A stretch of 50,237 nt of DNA from Gemmatimonadaceae bacterium (GTDB taxonomy: Bacteria > Gemmatimonadota > Gemmatimonadetes > Gemmatimonadales > Gemmatimonadaceae), in assembly GCA_031370885.1 (NCBI GenBank), contig JANMRE010000296.1:1-50237 (forward strand), read 5' to 3'. The notes beneath the pieces are model-generated. The model was not told the origin of the DNA. It ran no database searches and worked only from the letters and a program-made list of their open reading frames with translations. The position numbers and the translations under genes are program-made. How positions within the stretch are numbered: position 1 is the stretch's first letter; every line of letters begins with the position of its first letter. This document shows, piece by piece, positions 49,739 through 50,237 of the stretch.

Positions 49739-50237
49739 CTACGCGACCATCATCATGGGCACCGTCAACTGCGACGCCACGTCCGGCCGAAGAAAGCTAT
49801 TCTGCTCGAGGGCCCGTTCAAACGCCGCCACGCACACCGGATCGAACTGCGAACCCGAACAGCGTCGCAATTCGGCCATGGCATGTTCGACACTCAAACC
49901 TGAACGGTACACGCGTCCGCTGGTCATGGCGTCGAACGAATCTGCCACCGCGGTAATGCGCGCGACCAGCGGAATCTCGTGTCCGTGCATCGCGTCGGGA
50001 GTGCCCGCGCCATCGAATCGTTCGTGATGCGAACGAACGACCGACAGGGCATGCGGCATGTCGTGCAGCAAGGGCGCGAGCAGACGCCATCCGATTACCG
50101 GGTGCTCCATGACGTGCGCATACTCGTCCGCGGTCAGCAATCCATCCTTGTTCAGCACGTCTTCGCGAACGCCGATCTTGCCGATATCGTGCAACCGGCT
50201 GCCGAGTTCCAGTTGCTCCTGCAACTCGGGCGGCAAG
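49739..50237 (-). CDS. HD-GYP-type phosphohydrolase, C-terminal part (runs off the right edge)
   Basis: LHDIGKIG, HPVIG, HHERFDGAGTP, ARITAVADSFDAMTS.R.YR, GSQFDP. Confidence 0.9.
   Translation of the reverse strand, partial: LPPELQEQLELGSRLHDIGKIGVREDVLNKDGLLTADEYAHVMEHPVIGWRLLAPLLHDMPHALSVVRSHHERFDGAGTPDAMHGHEIPLVARITAVADSFDAMTSGRVYRSGLSVEHAMAELRRCSGSQFDPVCVAAFERALEQNSFLRPDVASQLTVPMMMVA

Overview
GC-rich bacterial chromosomal window, probably Gemmatimonadota (an inference from gene repertoire and order, not tested). I see no integrase, transposase, prophage or CRISPR array. About 0.4-17.7 kb is a phosphate supercluster: TonB-dependent receptor, beta-helix-like lipoprotein, second lipoprotein and pstS; then pstSCABB-phoU, ppx, and DUF47-pit-ppk1. 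It is followed by a rhomboid protease, dnaK, a degP-like protease, tRNA-Leu(TAG), a 42-aa small ORF, and crtB-cruF-crtI directly upstream of tig-clpP-clpX-lon-engB. The rest holds a NUDIX hydrolase, trpE, an FHA-GAF adenylate cyclase, an LPS kinase, a GT9, maf, metZ, dtd, an uncharacterised coiled-coil protein with a RelE-like end, prfC, an Fpg/Nei glycosylase, glmS, glmM and a partial HD-GYP protein. The most notable non-coding signals are four: (i) 11-bp-period GTCAC (Pho-box-like) arrays sitting upstream of a sigma54-type -24/-12 promoter for pstS; (ii) a family of heptamer-based composite palindromic repeats at gene 3' ends; (iii) two genes (pstC, lon) that appear to need CTG starts in CTGA stop/start overlaps; (iv) a roughly 190-nt structured RNA candidate upstream of glmM. 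All assignments are by-eye motif recognition; no searches were run.
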